A stretch of 56,392 nt of DNA, filler included, from Diploschistes diacapsis (taxonomy: Eukaryota), in the NCBI GenBank assembly GCA_023645945.1. It is 5 parts of 5 records of this genome, joined end to end, with 100 filler letters (N's around TTAATTAATTAA, not from the genome) between each part and the next. Parts side by side here need not be neighbours in the genome. Positions count along the whole stretch, not along the records: positions 11,323 to 22,517 come from JALAIB010000850.1; 4 more parts are not named here. One strand, written 5' to 3'. Positions 11,820 to 22,617 of the stretch are shown here, piece after piece. The stretch's first letter is position 1; each line of letters opens with the position of its first letter. Under the pieces are notes generated by a model, which was given only the letters and a program-made list of their open reading frames with translations, did no database searches and was not told the DNA's origin. A program made the position numbers and the translations under genes.

Positions 11820-12527
11820 CTAGTGCCTACCGCGGTTAACGTTCACGGTCGTGGTCGAGCCCGGCGCGGCAAGCACGACAATCTGCGTGCCATTCTTGGG
11901 CGGCCGCATAAGGTTAGCCAAGCCGCCCGAGGCATAGCTCGACTGCACCCCTGAGCCACCAGAAGGCCGGACGGTACTAGCGCTGGAGCCAGCGTATGAA
12001 GTAGTGCGCGAGATGCGGCTGGCGCCGGAGCCCGCCACGGAGGCCGTGTAGGATGAGGGGGCCTCGGAAATGGCGTAGGCGCTAGGCGGCGGCCTAGGGA
12101 CGAGGGCGTGGTCGTTGGCGTCGCCGTAGTAGGAAGACGAGCGCGAGACGGACGGCACGCGGCTGCGGCTGCTGGAGGAGCACGCGACGGACGGCGCACG
12201 GCCACGGCTAGCGGAGGATTGAGAGGCCGAGGGCGCGCGGCTGCGGCCCGTGGTCGAGTACTGGCCATCCATGCCGGATGGGGCGCGCGACACGCTGGAG
12301 CGTCGGGAGGTGCTGACCTGCGAGACGGAATCTGCCGGGCCGACGCTGGCTAGGTCATCATACTTGGACGAGGAAGATGACATGTGAGACAGATTGGAGG
12401 ATGATAGCTGTGACGCAGAGGTGTAGCGCGAGTAGGTACTGGGCGGCGGGCCGCGACGGCTGGAAGTCCGGACGGTTTGTTGGGAGGTACTAGAGTAAGT
12501 GCTACCACCGTGCCGAGAGGAAGACAT
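11820..12527 (-). CDS. Ser/Arg/Ala-rich low-complexity hypothetical protein, 235 aa
   Basis: ATG-started ORF with GC-rich coding-like composition; imperfect R(A/V)PS repeats; no recognised domain. Confidence 0.65.
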   Translation of the reverse strand: MSSSRHGGSTYSSTSQQTVRTSSRRGPPPSTYSRYTSASQLSSSNLSHMSSSSSKYDDLASVGPADSVSQVSTSRRSSVSRAPSGMDGQYSTTGRSRAPSASQSSASRGRAPSVACSSSSRSRVPSVSRSSSYYGDANDHALVPRPPPSAYAISEAPSSYTASVAGSGASRISRTTSYAGSSASTVRPSGGSGVQSSYASGGLANLMRPPKNGTQIVVLAAPGSTTTVNVNRGRH

Positions 12528-13945
12528 TCCGACTCACCTAGGTTTGCTTGAATAGCTGGTTGAAAAGCTGGCTGAAAGGCTGGTTTGCTGAATCTCCTTG
12601 TTCTGTTGTTATGGGAAGGTGTTTTGTATTCTTGGTTGGTTGGTTGATCGAGGTTGTCGTTTTCTGGTTGTGAAGGTGGTGAAGACAGGATCAGATGCAC
12701 GGCGTTCGACATGATATTTATGGAGAATGGAGCTACTTGGAGGGGTAAGACCAGGCATTGTGCGTCCGATTGTTCCGCTTTCTTTACTCGAGCCTTCAGA
12801 GCAAAGACGGCTTGGCGAATACTTCGAAGCATTCATCTAGGAGACAAAGGCGAGTTCGACGGTCCATTGTTCCGGATTTCTTTGCTCAAACATCCAAGCC
12901 GAAGAATGGCATTATTCGCTAGAAGTTTCAGTGTGTGAAGCCAAGCTATGTCGAGCGGTCCATTGTTAAGCTGTTTCGGGCTTCGATGTAGGTGGAGCTA
13001 TACAAAGCTCGACGGCAAACACTGGCCATAGACCAGACTGAATGGCAACCCGGCAAGAGTTCGCCGCAAGGACTTTTATTGGCTAGATCTTCAATGCTTT
13101 AATGGATGGATAGGTAATATCATTGATGATTGTGCGGCAGTCAGGGAAGTATTGTGGAGGGTTCTGTTGTCCATAGCAAATAGCAAGACAGGTCCGGAGC
13201 TAACGAGGAGAAGTAAAGCCAGTGGATGTCGAGATCTATAACTTCATGGCTGAGAGTTGGAGGTTCAATTCAATGCTGATTGCCATGCTTAATGCATATT
13301 GCATGTTGTGTCACCTCTCAATTCCTCTGCCACTAGATGTGCAGGAGCGCTTCAGTGAGGTCCATACGAGCATTGGATAAAACCTAGAACTTGGCACTCC
13401 CGGCCTTTGGTGAATATTAGATGCAAGTGGTAAAAGCACATGGAAACCGATCAATACCGGGATGGATGCGTTTCGTCGTAGGCGCTCAATATTTGTTTTC
13501 ATCTTTTTCAAGGCTTATTCCGATGATTGTTCAAGGGCCTCTTTCGCTTTGTTAAGACAACGTAATGGCTAAAAGCCAATTCATCCTCTATCAGACTCTA
13601 TCACCTGGACCTCGAGCCCGCCACACAAGTTCAGCGCACTCAGTGCCGTGTTCCTATAGCCTTCACTTAACCTATCCTGTTGCGAACATCAACCTTCGCC
13701 CCCGGAACTCATAGCTGACATACCGCAGCCGTATCCACTCTACAACTATTTGTTTCAGCAGGTCCTCTACAGTTACCTATGATGATGCGTCGTCCGAAAT
13801 CTTGTAAGCGATCCCTTGAACATGTCACTCTCTCAGATCTGAGCGCTCCACGTATCGAATGGGAAACGCACATCCTGTATGGTACTCATATCCAGAGGAA
13901 TCAGCGTTAATCCAGCCTGGGAGCTTCTCCAGGCCCAAAAGAAAT

Positions 13946-14064
13946 TGTGGTTTCGCTATATATATCAGTTTAGTTCAATACTGGCAGAATCCAGTATTGT
14001 TGGTCTTTTGGCTATGTGGCCTAGCGGTACTAAACTGGCGCTTTGTAATATCACAAAATCTCGG
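13946..14064. repeat. Dispersed hairpin-containing element, copy A (homologous to 31348-31431)
   Basis: TATATATCAGTTTAGTTCAATACTG (13959-13983) and CAGTATTGTTGGTC (13992-14005) are identical to copy B; flanking TGTGGTyTCGC and ATCACAAA..ATCTCGG also shared. Confidence 0.8.
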
Positions 14065-15598
14065 ATGTATCGGCACGTGACTCCAGTATATGATGGCCTT
14101 GGAGGAAGATTCATACCAGCATGGATCCTCTTAGAAGCGCTGCATTACTTGTAAATGGAAACAATCCAAAAAGAACTAGAGCAATCGGACACTTTTGGAG
14201 CACTTTGGGAGGTTACGATCCCGTTGCAGATCCTCGAGATGCTGGTGCATGTTGAAGATCCCGGAGAAAGCAACCTCCTCACCGGGGTTTCACATGCAAA
14301 ACAACGCTTATAGAACATTAAACGCGATGCGCGCACCACGACCTCTCAGACCCTTTCCTGCATAATATGCTGTGCTGTAAATATTCACGTATGAGTTTGA
14401 ACTACTTTCGGATGCCATCAAGTATGCGACACCAAGCGCCCACTCCTTCCCACCCCCGGAGCCGGTACCATGCAAAGTTGTTCCACGTTCATCGCCATCT
14501 TGGACGGATCGTCAAATGAATTGATCGTAATTCTTCGAAAAGTTCTTCTGCTCGGTATCATACTCCCGCTTACGCGGCCACGCGAGAGCTCTCGCAGACT
14601 TAGGTAGTAACCATGTTCACCTGCAGTCTCAAGTGATAGCACAGTTTAAATCCAGGGCTTCTCAAACAGGGCGGGATGGAAGTACCAGTAAGAGAGTGCG
14701 AGCAAAGCCAAAACCTAAGGATTGGAAAGACGTGAGTTAAGTGTCGGGGAAAAACAGTTTTATCGACCCATGCCGCGCGAACATATCGATCAGGGGCTTT
14801 CCGAAAGAGGCAATTTCAGGAAAAACGATCTCTGATATCTTACTTCCCAACAACATCGCGGGCTAGCTTTATGAAGGATGGGAAAGCCCCCGCCCTGGGA
14901 GCCAACAGAACAAGCAATGTAATTCAGCGACCATGGACGCGGTATAGTGCGATGGTGCAATTAGCTATGAATGGTGGGATTTTATGTTATGTAGAGGTCA
15001 GGGAGGACGTTTGAGCGCTAGCAGTGTGTTTGCAGTATACCTTATTTCCTTCTTTTCCTGCTGGGATTGGGTACGTAACTGGTAGCCACGCACCCCATCA
15101 AAGCGGATGGGATGCAACATTGGCTCAAGTGTGTCTTCTACTATCTACCAATCTGGAGATGCGATTTATTGCCATTCTAGGCCGTGTCACTGTCGATATC
15201 AGTTTTACATCTCTTTAGAGGAGCATCGACTTGTCGAGACAAAGGACCACCCGTTCGCTACACGGTAGGAGCCCGCAGAGGAACAGATTATGAGTGAAGT
15301 CTAAACTAGTCTGTGACATGGGATTTGCGTGGATAGGGTGAAGCGTTTCCAGCAACGAATGCCAAATCATGTAAAGTGCTAAACTGACCAATACGAGCAG
15401 GAAGCATGTCAGGCGAAATCGAGCCATAACCTCTCTGGCACGTTCCAAAATGCTTGAGGCTCGCTGCAGAGGAAGGGCAAGAGGAGTCCTTTGAAAGGTA
15501 TAAAGAACCCGTACCTGCCCATCAGACACAGTCGTTACCACAGATACTCAGCCCGATGGTCCTTTCCACGTTCTTCGAATTCCGAACCCACAGTAGCC

Positions 15599-15903
15599 AT
15601 GCACTTCACAGTCCTCCTTACCCTCGCCTGTATTTTCGTTGGCATGGGCCCAGCAAGCCCCATATCCAACACTGACATCATTCCCAATGCCAATCCTTTC
15701 GAGCTTCAGGTAAGCACGCTTTAGTCTGGAAGAACATGAATCTCGTACAGCAGCGATGCGCTGACAAGATTCGGCAAAAACACGAGGGCAAGAATTTTTT
15801 CGTCTGCACGCTCGGTGCGGCAGAATGCTGCGCCGGCTTTTTCTACTGTTGACAAATTGGCCAGAAGCATGCATGCCAGATAAAGAACACTTCTGGCGCA
15901 TAA
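15599..15903 (+). CDS. Small Cys-rich secreted peptide (knottin-like spacing) with in-frame TGA at 15850; possible pseudogene
   Basis: Signal peptide MHFTVLLTLACIFVGMGPA|SP, GTAAGC donor at 15710; acceptors at 15750/15753 (or 15768) are in frame and give ...C-ADKIRQKHEGKNFFV-C-TLGAAE-CC-AGFFY-C*QIGQKHA-C-QIKNTSGA*. Acceptor choice uncertain. Confidence 0.5.
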
Positions 15904-16275
15904 ATATTCTTGAAGTAGAAAGATGCCTGGGAATCAGTCGCACGAGGTGGGATCAGGTTGAATGCTCGAGTTGCGAAGATGGAGAATCTGCATTTCAGGC
16001 ATGGCTTTGACTGAAGAGTTCTTGCTGTTGATATTAATTACCCATACTTATAGTGTCTTTTATCTAGCTATTGATCAACAAAAATTGCTGACACAAGATG
16101 TGAACAAGTTTCTGCGCAGTGTGGGTTTGCACTCCACTGTGAAAATGCGTAATTATCTAAGATTTAGAAGCATGTTTCCTAAAGATCATTAGAAGTGCCT
16201 GCACTTTCCTAGTCAGACGGACAAGGAGTTACAAAGCAACACAATACGTCTTCAGTGTTTTGAACAGCTTCTTAT

Positions 16276-18219
16276 TCAGGGCTCAAGGCCTGTCATCCTT
16301 TCTAGATCTGTCGGGCTAGTTATCTGGTTTTGCTCCACGCTGTATGCAAAGGAGAACGAGTCGGGCTTTGAAAGACCGAACCACTGGCCTGCGGCTACCA
16401 ATGCCAGCAAGAGCGAGAGACAAGTCAGGATGTAAGTTGCAATGGCTAGACCAGTCGCGGGATCGGAGCAAACTATTGCATAAGCGCTTCCGCCACCTGT
16501 GCTGATCAGGATGAGGAAGAAGAGAACGGCATAAACCTTTCTTGGCCATGTCAGCTCTCTGAATACGTGGAAGTGGGATTATTTCGACTGCAGATTTCCA
16601 GACTCGATTACTCTTCGCAGGAAGAAAGCTTACCCGGTATGGACAGTTTCCTTGATTTCGACCACGTAGAAGCAACGTTTGTCCCTGCCACTTTCAGTGG
16701 TAGCGGCAAGCCGATCCAAATTACAGAGCATCATCTTCGCTGACTCGAGTGGATACTTGAGCACGTATCTAAACCTAGATACTGCTTCGCCTTCTGCAGA
16801 TACGGCTGGAACCTTTGCTGTAACGACAAAACCAATGGGATCTTTGTTCCTATCAACGGTTCGTTCAAACTGATACATGTCTTAGAGATTGTACGTTGAT
16901 TGGTAGAGTATCTCTCCGCAAAGCTTACCCGAAGGAAAGTTGCGAAACCTATGGTTTTAAGGTGCAGCATGTCCCGTAGCACACTTTGATGGCGCCGATT
17001 AATTAAGAAATAATGTTCATGGAGTTTGTCAACAAACCATCTGTCTGAAATTTGCCGCCTGTCGACCATGACGTTTTGGTTCTTCGGTAATTCTTGAAAC
17101 GTCGTGTAAGCTTCGCGCTTTTGACTAGAAAGGATATTGCCTCGATTGAAACAGAAAAAAAACAAGCTATATGAAACTTAGGCTCCGATTCCGTCATGCA
17201 TGAAAGAGCACCTACACAATGTCCTTAGGTTCTGTGCCATAGTCTCCTGGTAATAACACGCCTGCTCCTATAGAGGATTTTCTTGTAGGCATGACCTTGG
17301 AGAGACTGCCACCTCGGTAACGTATGAAACTGCCATTAGGGCTCTCAACTCGGACTTGGAGTCTTCGTCTTTCAGAGCGTTGACGCTGCGAAAATGGAGT
17401 AGGTCTCACTCTTGACACATCCCTATTGGCACTGACATTGGCAGCGTATTGTCCCGAGGCTTGTACATTGCTTGCGCGACGTCGTGAGCGATATGATCGA
17501 TGCAACTGACTAGATTGACGTGGTTGGCTTGGTCGGGCGCCAGCTGGTCGACTCGAGGTTTGGTAATCATCTTCTTCTGACGGCATAGACACATACTCCG
17601 GTTCTTCTGCAGATTCATCCGCTTGTTCGTTCAATCCAGGTGAATAGTTTCCCTGAACTGCCGAGACCCCTGGATCGTAGCGGTGCATCCCCGGATCGTA
17701 GCGGTGCATTTCTAGATCGTAGCGGTGCATTTCTAGATCGTGGCGGTGCATTCCTGGATCGTAGCGGCGCATTCCTGGACGTCCTGCTACTTCTACCATA
17801 TGAACTGGACTTGGCGGTCGTACACCTACCATTGGCGGGACACCAGGCGGGCGTCCACCGGGCGGTCGCAGGGGCGGCCTTGGACCGTCGCTGTCGCCTG
17901 AGTCACTAATGGAACTCGAAGAGTGCGTCGAAGATCTCGGAGGCCTCCCATATCGGTTAAACCGTCCTGACATTCGGGTTCTCCACTCGCCTTCATGCCT
18001 GGGATCTTGTGCTTCCGCAACTTTGGCCGCAAAATACGCCCCTTTCCCTTCACCAGTAACAACATAGATTGTCAATAATTTCTCCAAATCTTTGTAGCCT
18101 GGAATATCGGTACGTAAGCGAGCTCTCTGCGGAGCTCTACCGTGTGTGGAATCATTGTCCCGCCGATCTCTGGGCCTAATCCACTGCAATCTGCCATTCG
18201 GTTGTCGGCCGATGTACAT
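16276..18219 (-). CDS. Uncharacterised 580-aa protein: disordered N-half with heptapeptide repeats, C-terminal two transmembrane helices (exons 18219-17216, 17166-16929, 16869-16634, 16540-16276)
   Basis: Three GT-AG introns (GTAGGT/TAG, GTAAGC/CAG, GTAAGC/AAG) with branch-like sites join four reading frames into 1743 nt in frame; last exon KVYAVLFFLILISTGGGSAYAIVCSDPATGLAIATYILTCLSLLLALVAAG is hydrophobic and is absent from the ORF track. Start codon inferred. Confidence 0.7.
17669..17773 (-). repeat. Five tandem copies of a 21-bp coding minisatellite (peptide M[HR]R[YH]D[PL][GE])
   Basis: Units at 17669, 17690, 17711, 17732 and 17753 (cctggatcgtagcggtgcatc / tctagatcgtagcggtgcatt etc.). 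Confidence 0.92.
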
Positions 18220-19366
18220 TTTGAAAAAACACGGTGCTATGCCATCAACCACAGAAATCTGCTTCAAAAAGGAAGGATGCAATGACTCTCCGATTTGAAA
18301 GGTACTTGCTTCAGGCGAGGCTGAACCTTGGCAAGGCTGAAAGATCATGATCTGCAAGACTTGGAAGCACATATTCTAGGGGTCGAAGCCTTCCCACACC
18401 ATGGCTCAGAATTAGTAGAAACTGAAAGAATAATAGAGAATGATATGCGTCGCCTACTCAAGGGTTTGAAAAGGGACTATTGACATGGTGCGCAAACACC
18501 AAGTGTAGCTCAAGATTCTATGTTGGCCACAATAATGCAGAGGATGCATGCGCTGTTCCAAGGCCAAGCTGAACTTGAAAACAGTACAACTTCACAAGGC
18601 AAAGGCAAAGAGAAAGGCAAAAGCCAAAAAGGAAAACAACAGGCGTGGCGGTCAGATGGAGTCAGGTAACTGCCGGGCTCCCTAGCACACTGTAACGGGC
18701 AGCTGTAGGGACAAGAATCGAAAGGAGTGATTTCGGCCAATGATGAACAACTTCCCTATAGTGGAGTTATCATATGCTGAATTTACCAACTCGACATTAT
18801 TATCCAGGTGGTATAAAAAGACCTATTGAGTCACATCCATCCATACGTCCATTCTCCCAAAGCTTCAACGTGAAACCACTGACGAGCATATTAAGCTACA
18901 AGAATGAGATAAAAGCGCGCGGGATAATTTTATAGTAAAGGAACAGGAATATCTTAATCATTAAAGGTAAGAGAAATACCTCTTACGTTGCAGTGAAGAT
19001 ATCCGCCGAGGATATACGTTTATCCGCTAAAGCTGCCGCATATTTCAAACGCTCGAGATCGAAAGTAACATGCTAGACCACTTATTAAAAAAAGCGTCAA
19101 ACTACTGCATGTAGAATCAAAGCAATAGCGCATGTCCGAGGCATTCGAGGCGTGGTGAAGTAGGGGTTCCAGGATAGGCGAGAACCTCTGTGTATGAAGC
19201 GTGGTTAAATATCAAGGAACTCATCTTGAGAGACTGGTCCGATCCGCTGGACGCTACCGTCTCTCATCGAATGGGAGATTAGGTAGTTTTTGGAAGGGCA
19301 TAATAATACCGTAGCATACTTCAAACCTCGTCTAAGCAAGCATCACCTTCCTAGCCCACGTTGCCC

Positions 19367-20404
19367 TTAGTCCAAGAACCTCAACTCCCCATCCTCATTC
19401 GTAATGCGCTCGTCCAGAAAGACGTGTGCCTGCTTGTAACTTCCATCCCCCGCAGCTAGTTCTGCCTCCAGTACCCTCCCACCATCAACAAGCCTCACGT
19501 TCCGCGCACTCGCCGCGAAGTTCCCTCCCTTGGACCACCTGAAACTTCCCCACTCGTTGCCCAAGCAGTCGTTCAAATTCACACTCGTCAGCTTGCGCCC
19601 CCCATGTACGTCCGAGCAGCTGGCAATTAAGTCGTGGTCCCTATCTAGGCTGATCTGCGTTGAGCTCGCGGAGAAATTCCCATTAAAGTTGCCGCGGGGT
19701 TGGCTCCTTGGAGGTGGTCCCCCACCGCCAAAGTGCTGTTGCTGCTGCTGCTGCTGCTGCAACGTCTGCTGCTCGTGTTCCTTGCCTTCTTCTTTCTTGT
19801 GCTTGAAGTGGTCTTCCAACATCGAGCCTGCGACGGCACCGCCCAACCCGCCTAGGACGCCATGGTGCATCTTGTGCCCGCCAAAAGCACCTGCTGCGCC
19901 GCCGGCCATAGCACCAAGGAAACCGCGCTCGCCTTCTTCACCGGACTGGCCTGGAGGGGGTCCCTGAGGTGGCGCATAGCCGTCGTATGTCTGGGGGTAT
20001 TGGTTTGACTGGTACTGGTCTCGGTGTTCGGTGTAGTTGGAGGGAGGGCGTTGATACACATCGCCTGGAGGCTGAGGGGAGTAGCGCTGTTGAGTAACGG
20101 AATAGGGCTCGCCATATTGACCTTGTGGAGGGCCGGCCCGGTTGTACTCGCCTTCGTAAGGAGAGTGGGGTCGGGAGCTGTATGAGTGCTGTGAGGGCGG
20201 AGCACCGAGGCCTTCGCCGTACTGTGCGGACGGAGGGCCACTGGTGTAATTTGGTCCGCCTCGATAATGCTGGTTGTACTGTTGGTTGTAATTTGCTTCC
20301 TGGCCATCATATTGGGGCTGCTGAGGATATTGTTGCTGGCTGTATCCGCCGTATCCGCTACCGTAAGAACCCTGGCCTTCGCCGTAGTAACCTTGTGAAG
20401 ACAT
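19367..20404 (-). CDS. CVNH (cyanovirin-N homolog) domain protein with Q/Y/G/P-rich N-terminus and glycine-zipper segment
   Basis: C-terminal FSASS..ISL....LIASC......TSVNLNDCLGNEWGSFRW...NFAASARNVRL....VLEAEL.......LDERITNEDGELRF is the CVNH two-repeat pattern; GAMAGGAAGAFGGHK...GGLGGAVAGS; polyQ tract. Start at 20404 (or 20449). Confidence 0.88.
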   Translation of the reverse strand: MSSQGYYGEGQGSYGSGYGGYSQQQYPQQPQYDGQEANYNQQYNQHYRGGPNYTSGPPSAQYGEGLGAPPSQHSYSSRPHSPYEGEYNRAGPPQGQYGEPYSVTQQRYSPQPPGDVYQRPPSNYTEHRDQYQSNQYPQTYDGYAPPQGPPPGQSGEEGERGFLGAMAGGAAGAFGGHKMHHGVLGGLGGAVAGSMLEDHFKHKKEEGKEHEQQTLQQQQQQQQHFGGGGPPPRSQPRGNFNGNFSASSTQISLDRDHDLIASCSDVHGGRKLTSVNLNDCLGNEWGSFRWSKGGNFAASARNVRLVDGGRVLEAELAAGDGSYKQAHVFLDERITNEDGELRFLD

Positions 20405-20660
20405 ACTTGGTATTGATAATGGACGAGAAGATGACAGTAGAAAGGACACAAGAAGAGTGTAGGGTGGTGTATTTAAATACTAGGTAACGACTAAGGCTGG
20501 ATTTGATTCAGCTGTGAATGCAAGGCTTTCTACAAGGCGACTACATTATTCTCCCGAATGGGCGATCCCGAACCGCACCAGCCACACTTCAAACTCTCCC
20601 CCTTAGTTTTCGACGCGCAAGCCCCGTTTGCCAAGAATTATGCTCAAGTAACCAAAAGGT

Positions 20661-21566
20661 TCAGCCACAGAAGGCCGTGACCGCGGATGCACTACCATTA
20701 CCTTGCTCTCTGTTATTTCATCTAATCAGCATAACCTACCAATCGAGAGGATGCAACACTCGGGCTCCACACTTACTCTTGACGAATATCCCAGTCAAAC
20801 ACAAAGTACCCAAGAAAAGCTCCAATGAAAATGCAGAAGATGATGTAACCGTTGAAAGACATCGCTAAAAGCATGATGAAGTACGCAGCCGCAAATTCCA
20901 TGGTGTGCATTGTAGCTCGGATCAGCTGCTGAGGACAATTTGGACGAGCAACGCGGCGCACAGTCGATGGAGCCATCAAGCCTCCTTTCCCGTTTCGCAG
21001 AGCTAGGGCGAAAGTATCTCTGTCATGTTCGAGAGGCCAAATTTGGGACTGGTCCGGGTCCGGGGTAGTCGCTGGTGGAGTGTTATCTTCTCTTAATGCA
21101 TCGGGATGATGCACTTGCTCATGGGCATGAGCTGCGCGAAGAATTGAAGCATCATATGCGAGGTGAAAACGCCGAAGGAGAGTCATCGCCATGACGAAGA
21201 AATCGCACCGATACAGGAGCCTGCAAATATGTGCGGGGAGGTGTTGTGCCATGATTCTGCTACAAAGCCTATGAGACATTAGCTGGCTCACATTCACGAA
21301 GTGCCAGAGAGTGCTGACAAGTATTGACGGTATCCCAATTCCAAAGCATCTGCATACCATTAGACCCGGTCACAGATGACCACGCTCTTGAGTCCGACGG
21401 TTACCGATAACTTGCATCCCGGATCGGTCATTCCCATGTCGCCTATTTTCATGCCTCCCATTCCCATACTGTCCATAGCAGATGTGTTAGCAGCACTAGC
21501 TGAAATCGTGCTGGTTGTTGCCATGCGCATGCCCGTCATCGAGCCCGTAGTGCCGGCTGCTTCCAT
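20661..21566 (-). pseudogene. Ctr-family high-affinity copper transporter with a 1-bp frameshift near 21200 (exons 21566-21405, 21349-21319, 21268-20777, 20709-20661)
   Basis: Met-rich N-terminus, CKLS-MLWNWDTVNTCFVAESWH...FAGSCIG, MLLAM (MxxxM), YIIFCIFIGAFLG, C-terminal VTAFCG; frame changes at GCG ATT TCT TCG where GCG ATT TTC TTC GTC ATG is expected. Could be an assembly error. Confidence 0.75.
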
Positions 21567-22320
21567 GGTTAGCACACAGCCTATGAATCTTGCTGATAAC
21601 GCCTGGGAAGTCAACGCTTCTTTGCAAATAGTTCTGAAAACAAAGATCGGTTGGATGGGTCCAGGTTAAATAACTTCAGCGGCTCAAATTCCAAATTCCT
21701 CTGATAGCTTGTGCTTTGACCATTTTCTTCTCATCTTTTCAATTCTTTAATCGGAATTATACTTCAAATTGGAGTTTTGACAGCTTAGTGTGATTCAACG
21801 TTTCTTAACGCGCTATATCGAGCAGTTTTCCGCATGTCCCAGAAGGGATGATTTCATTGACCCTTTTCTTGGTGGCCCTAAATTTCCATAGCACTGGAAA
21901 ACCATGGCTTGTGAGCTCACAGGCTCTTTTTTTCCGTTCACGTTAACGAGTATCCCACTATTAGTGAAGCTCATCACTAGATTTTCTTACGGAACCCAAG
22001 TTGCAAATCACCAATTCTCAATTGCGGCAAAATTGGATACGATATGTCAGTAGTATCACTTGATCGCCAAGGTCGAGGGGACATAAGAAAGCATTGGTTT
22101 TGTCTTCTGGTATAAAAAGGATGAAAGGGTAGTAGCAATGTTAATTGATTACGCAAGTCTCCAAATATCGAAAAGAGCATGACGCCGAATGGAATTTGAA
22201 TTTGGAGAATCTCTATTCGCAATGTCCCAGCACCCTATCAACCTCAAATACATGAACATAGATTCCCTCATCCGCGCCATCGCCATAAACACCATTCTTT
22301 GACCAGCCCCGTCAACTCAA

Positions 22321-22517
22321 TCACTCCACATCCCCCTCCGCCTTCCTAAGCACTTCCACCAGCTTCTCAACCTCCTCCGCACTCGCCACCTCCCCATCTC
22401 CATCCACGATCGCCGAACTATGCCACCACTCTGTCGTCTCCTTGCCACTCCGCCTCCTACTCCCGCCCTCCTTTCTACCTCCATAAATTTCCTTCCTTAA
22501 CCGCCCCAAGTTCTCCG
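22321..22517 (-). CDS. 3' end of an unidentified gene cut by the contig end
   Basis: Open frame from contig edge to TGA at 22321 (…EWWHSSAIVDGDGEVASAEEVEKLVEVLRKAEGDVE*), G-rich like other gene 3' ends here; product not recognised. Confidence 0.45.
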
Positions 22518-22617
22518 NNNNNNNNNNNNNNNNNNNNNNNNNNNNNNNNNNNNNNNNNNNNTTAATTAATTAANNNNNNNNNNNNNNNNNNNNNNNNNNN
22601 NNNNNNNNNNNNNNNNN
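22518..22617. other. Artificial contig-joining linker
   Basis: N44-TTAATTAATTAA-N44. Confidence 0.98.

Noticed and set aside
14010..14075. tRNA gene
   Set aside because: Only an A-box-like 5' part; no T-arm GTTCRA/B box or 3' acceptor strand.
12900..14650. Possible degenerate gene on the minus strand (short ORFs 13311-13511, 14145-14339, 14418-14642)
   Set aside because: No recognisable motif or consistent splice model; cannot be supported without a homology search.
15850..15852. Selenocysteine recoding of the in-frame TGA
   Set aside because: Sec machinery is not known in Dikarya and no SECIS-like element was recognised downstream.
17669..17773. 21-bp tandem repeats as a CRISPR array
   Set aside because: No unique spacers, in-frame coding minisatellite, eukaryotic context, no cas genes.
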